Source: Candidatus Hodarchaeota archaeon
Lineage (GTDB): Archaea > Asgardarchaeota > Heimdallarchaeia > Hodarchaeales > Hodarchaeaceae
NCBI GenBank assembly: GCA_016839785.1
Contig: JAEOTQ010000108.1
Location: 1 to 19,791, forward strand
Direction: 5' to 3'
Length of the DNA stretch: 19,791 nucleotides
The notes under the pieces were generated by a model. That model was not told the DNA's origin. It searched no databases and worked only from the letters and a program-made list of their open reading frames with translations. Positions 17,157 through 19,791 of the stretch are shown piece by piece. Both the position numbers and the translations under genes were made by a program. The first letter of the stretch is position 1, and each line of letters starts with the position of its first letter.

Positions 17157-17811
17157 AAAAGGATATGGATTAGAGAGGGTGTTTAAACCCCGGACGAATT
17201 TTTTATACAAGCAGTTTTTGTATATAATATCGGTTTTTGTTGTAGTTACTGTATCGATCTATGGTTTAATAGGATTAATTACATTTTTTTCCTCAATGGA
17301 TATCGATCCAGAAGCAGATCAATTCACAAATTGGATTACGACGAATTCTGCAGCTCTAAATACATGGTATTTAGTGATTTGTGGAATAATCATGATTGTT
17401 CTTGCGATCATAGCTGTCTATTATGTTCGAGGAATCGAATACTACATTGGTGATCGGGAAGTTGTTGTGAAAAAAGGAATCATCAATAAGATGGAAAAGC
17501 ATGTGCCGTTTAGAACAATAACCAACATCAGTTCAAGATATGGGATCTACGATCGTATTTTTGGGATTGGTACAGTTCAAATTGAAACTGCAGGGAGGAG
17601 TGGCAGTCAAATGGGACCCGAAGAAAAAATAGAAGGGATTGATAATTACTTTGAAGTCCGTGATCAAATCTTAGAGGTTCTTCGACTTTTTAGACATCAA
17701 TATGCTACTGGTACAGAGTCCCCTGAATCTCTTGATAGTAAAGAACCAGCTAGCTTTGAAAAGCAATTACTGAAGGAATTACAAGATATCAAGGAGATTT
17801 TGAGGAAATAA
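17149..17811 (+). CDS. membrane-anchored bacterial PH domain (bPH_2, YdbS-like) protein, tandem paralog
   Basis: Same architecture and motifs (VVKKGIINK...PFRTITNIS...YDRIFGIGTVQIETAG). Overlaps the previous gene by 8 nt. Confidence 0.85.
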   Translation: MNEKGYGLERVFKPRTNFLYKQFLYIISVFVVVTVSIYGLIGLITFFSSMDIDPEADQFTNWITTNSAALNTWYLVICGIIMIVLAIIAVYYVRGIEYYIGDREVVVKKGIINKMEKHVPFRTITNISSRYGIYDRIFGIGTVQIETAGRSGSQMGPEEKIEGIDNYFEVRDQILEVLRLFRHQYATGTESPESLDSKEPASFEKQLLKELQDIKEILRK

Positions 17812-17838
17812 TTTTCCTCCATTTTTTTTCTAATTTTC
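17812..17838 (+). terminator. oligo-T tract, candidate archaeal-type terminator
   Basis: TTTTCCTCCATTTTTTTTCTAATTTTC directly after the TAA of the second bPH_2 gene. Confidence 0.5.
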
Positions 17839-17852
17839 CGTGAAATAATTCC

Positions 17853-17860
17853 TTATATAA
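17853..17860 (+). promoter_or_regulatory. putative TATA box of the second ABC operon
   Basis: TTATATAA in the gap between the T-tract and the ATPase gene. Confidence 0.4.
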
Positions 17861-17930
17861 CTACTCTGGAAACTCTTTATCAATTAAAATTCAACGCCAC
17901 GTGTGTCGTGAAGGTGATAACAGCTTGGAC

Positions 17931-18743
17931 ATGCTACAAATTAATAATTTAACAAAAAAATTTGGAAAAAGTAATGTAGCTCTTGATAACCTTAGTCTGA
18001 ATATAAGGAAAGGGGAAGTATTCGGCTTATTGGGTCCTAATGGGGCAGGCAAGACTACATTAATTCGTTTATTGATTGGTTTGATTAAACCAACTTCTGG
18101 TACAGCTCAGATCAGTTATAATGGTGAATATTATGATATTCACCGAGATATCATGAAAATCCGCGAGAGGGCGAGTATGTTACCTCAAGAGGCGGAGGTT
18201 TATGAAAATTTGACTGCAAGAGAAAACATTCTCTATTACGGCCAAATCTACGGGAATATGACAAATGAAGAAGTAGAAAAACGAACCGAGGAATTAATAG
18301 ATATGATCGGTTTGCGAGGCCGTGAAAATGATGTTACGAAAGAATTTTCAGGGGGAATGAAGCGGAAAGTTTTGGTAGCACGCGCCTTAGTCATGGATCC
18401 TGATCTCGTTTTTTTGGACGAACCTACAACAGGGATAGATATTCTAGGAGCGAGGACTGTTCGGAATGTCATTAAAAAGCTTTCTAAGGAATTACATAAA
18501 ACAATTATCCTAACTACTCACGATTTATCTGAAGTGGGTGAATTATGTGATCGTGTAGGGATTTTAGTCAAAGGAAGGTTGGCAGCTGTAGGAACTCCAG
18601 ATGAATTAGAAGAAAAATTCCAGAAAGCTGGGATTGAGGATGTTTTTATCGGTTTAACAACTGGTGAAGGTGTTATTGAGGAGGATTTCTTGTCAAAGGG
18701 TAAGAAACAAACTCTCTTTTCTCGAATTTTAAAACGACGGTGA
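17931..18743 (+). CDS. ABC exporter ATP-binding protein (DrrA/NatA-like)
   Basis: GPNGAGKTT, FSGGMKRK, VFLDEPTTGID, TTH. ATG 17931 (or TTG 17925) lies downstream of AAGGTGA. Confidence 0.95.
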   Translation: MLQINNLTKKFGKSNVALDNLSLNIRKGEVFGLLGPNGAGKTTLIRLLIGLIKPTSGTAQISYNGEYYDIHRDIMKIRERASMLPQEAEVYENLTARENILYYGQIYGNMTNEEVEKRTEELIDMIGLRGRENDVTKEFSGGMKRKVLVARALVMDPDLVFLDEPTTGIDILGARTVRNVIKKLSKELHKTIILTTHDLSEVGELCDRVGILVKGRLAAVGTPDELEEKFQKAGIEDVFIGLTTGEGVIEEDFLSKGKKQTLFSRILKRR

Positions 18744-18748
18744 TAATC

Positions 18749-19791
18749 ATGAGTGTAGTAAAACAAACATTAGCATTAATGAAACAAGAACTCAGATCTG
18801 CCAGTAGAACTCGTTATATAGTAATTAGTTTTGTTTTGATGCCTTTACTTATGTGGGGGCTTCAAGGAGGGGTACAAATGCTTGTAGGGTTATCTCTCAC
18901 TTCTACACAAGAAGGTGAAGTGATTTATGTGGCAAATTTCGATGAAGGCAATACCACTGATAATCTTGGAGATCTATTTGTTCAGTACTTAAAACTCGCT
19001 AGTACAGATATTAATACGACATATATTTATGATAAATATACCATCAACGATACTCGATATGATTCTACTACCTATGAGGAACTGCATTCAATGCTAAACA
19101 GTACAGAAGAAAAGAGATCGTTAGACTATCCCCTTTTAATAATTCCGGAGAATTTTACAGCAGTTTACAATGCGTTTGATTTTGCAACAAATCGAAATAT
19201 GTCTACTGTGGAACTCTATACCCTCCCTGGGGGAATTATTGGTTCAGATCTTCTCCAAGCTGGAATTTGGGAAGTTCTTCAGTGGGATCCTTTTACACTT
19301 GTAGATATCAACAAGGTTTCAACTCTTAATTCGGAGGTAATTGTTTTTCCTGGTGAAGAATCTGCAGCGTCTGGGTTTGGTGTTGGATTTATTGGATTTA
19401 TTTCTGTAATTATCGCCGTAATGGCACCTGCTCCCTTCGTATCAACAAGTTTTGCTGGCGAACGTGAGAAGAAAACTATGGAATCTTTGTTAGCACTCCC
19501 AATTTCTCGTTTTAATATTCTATTAGGAAAACTACTTGCAGGTATGGTCTTGGTTAGTATTTTTGCGATAATGAATATGGTTGGATTACTTGGTTTCTCA
19601 TTTATAATCGGTTTGGCCGATACTGGAGGAGGGGAGTTTAGTACAGCTGAACTATATTCTATTGATCCAAGTTTAATCATGCTAGCTCTAATAGGACTCA
19701 CAATGTTTCTGTCAGCGTTTGTCTCCATAGGTATTGGAATTTCCATAGCGTCTTTAACAAAAGATGTCCGAAGTGCAGAATCTTTGTATTC
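18749..19791 (+). CDS. ABC-2 permease, NatB-like (partial, runs off the window; absent from the ORF track)
   Basis: ATG 5 nt after the ATPase stop. MSVVKQTLALMKQELRSASRTRYIVISFVLMPLL..., a large extracytoplasmic loop, then FAGEREKKTMESLLALPISRFNILLGK (NatB-type motif). No stop seen. Confidence 0.9.
   Translation, partial: MSVVKQTLALMKQELRSASRTRYIVISFVLMPLLMWGLQGGVQMLVGLSLTSTQEGEVIYVANFDEGNTTDNLGDLFVQYLKLASTDINTTYIYDKYTINDTRYDSTTYEELHSMLNSTEEKRSLDYPLLIIPENFTAVYNAFDFATNRNMSTVELYTLPGGIIGSDLLQAGIWEVLQWDPFTLVDINKVSTLNSEVIVFPGEESAASGFGVGFIGFISVIIAVMAPAPFVSTSFAGEREKKTMESLLALPISRFNILLGKLLAGMVLVSIFAIMNMVGLLGFSFIIGLADTGGGEFSTAELYSIDPSLIMLALIGLTMFLSAFVSIGIGISIASLTKDVRSAESLY

Noticed and set aside
16791-17490. 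Near-identical nucleotide stretches (gtt.ttgt.aaaaaaggaat.atcaataag) at ~16791 and ~17461
   Set aside because: These reflect coding paralogy of the two bPH_2 genes, not a repeat element or CRISPR array.
15032-19746. ORFs 15032-15235 (+), 16116-16298 (-), 18248-18472 (-), 18518-18766 (-) and 19279-19746 (-)
   Set aside because: Shadow ORFs. 19279-19746 is antisense to the real NatB-like permease starting at 18749.
1-19791. tRNA, rRNA, CRISPR arrays, transposases, integrases and defence systems
   Set aside because: None recognised. Intergenic gaps are under 300 bp and AT-rich, with no regularly spaced repeats or cloverleaf-like GC-rich segments.

Overview
AT-rich, gene-dense prokaryotic window. 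It is probably archaeal and plausibly Asgard (Heimdallarchaeia/Hodarchaeales-like). This is an inference from TATA-like boxes, oligo-T tracts after genes, GGTG(A)/GGAG RBS motifs, N-x-S/T-rich extracytoplasmic domains and the protein families present; the window has no marker gene. In order it contains: rubrerythrin (-); an sdhA/frdA-sdhB/frdB-fumC cluster with no membrane-anchor genes; an SRPBCC/AHSA1-like protein; a membrane-anchored LEA_2 protein; a CysM/CysK-type cysteine synthase interrupted by one in-frame TGA with an intact C-terminus behind it; two related VanZ/DUF2238-like membrane proteins flanking an MFS transporter; a ferritin-like protein; a YrdB/DUF2568-like protein; an ABC-2 exporter with a doubled permease; an AhpD/CMD protein; small membrane proteins; a three-gene operon (HTH + Cys-cluster regulator and two paralogous membrane bPH_2 proteins); and a second ABC exporter whose permease runs off the right edge and is missing from the ORF track. 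I saw no rRNA, tRNA, CRISPR array or mobile element. The best leads are the in-frame UGA in cysteine synthase, the regulator/bPH_2 operon, the paired putative intramembrane metal-site proteins, and the anchorless Sdh/Frd with an atypical Cys spacing.
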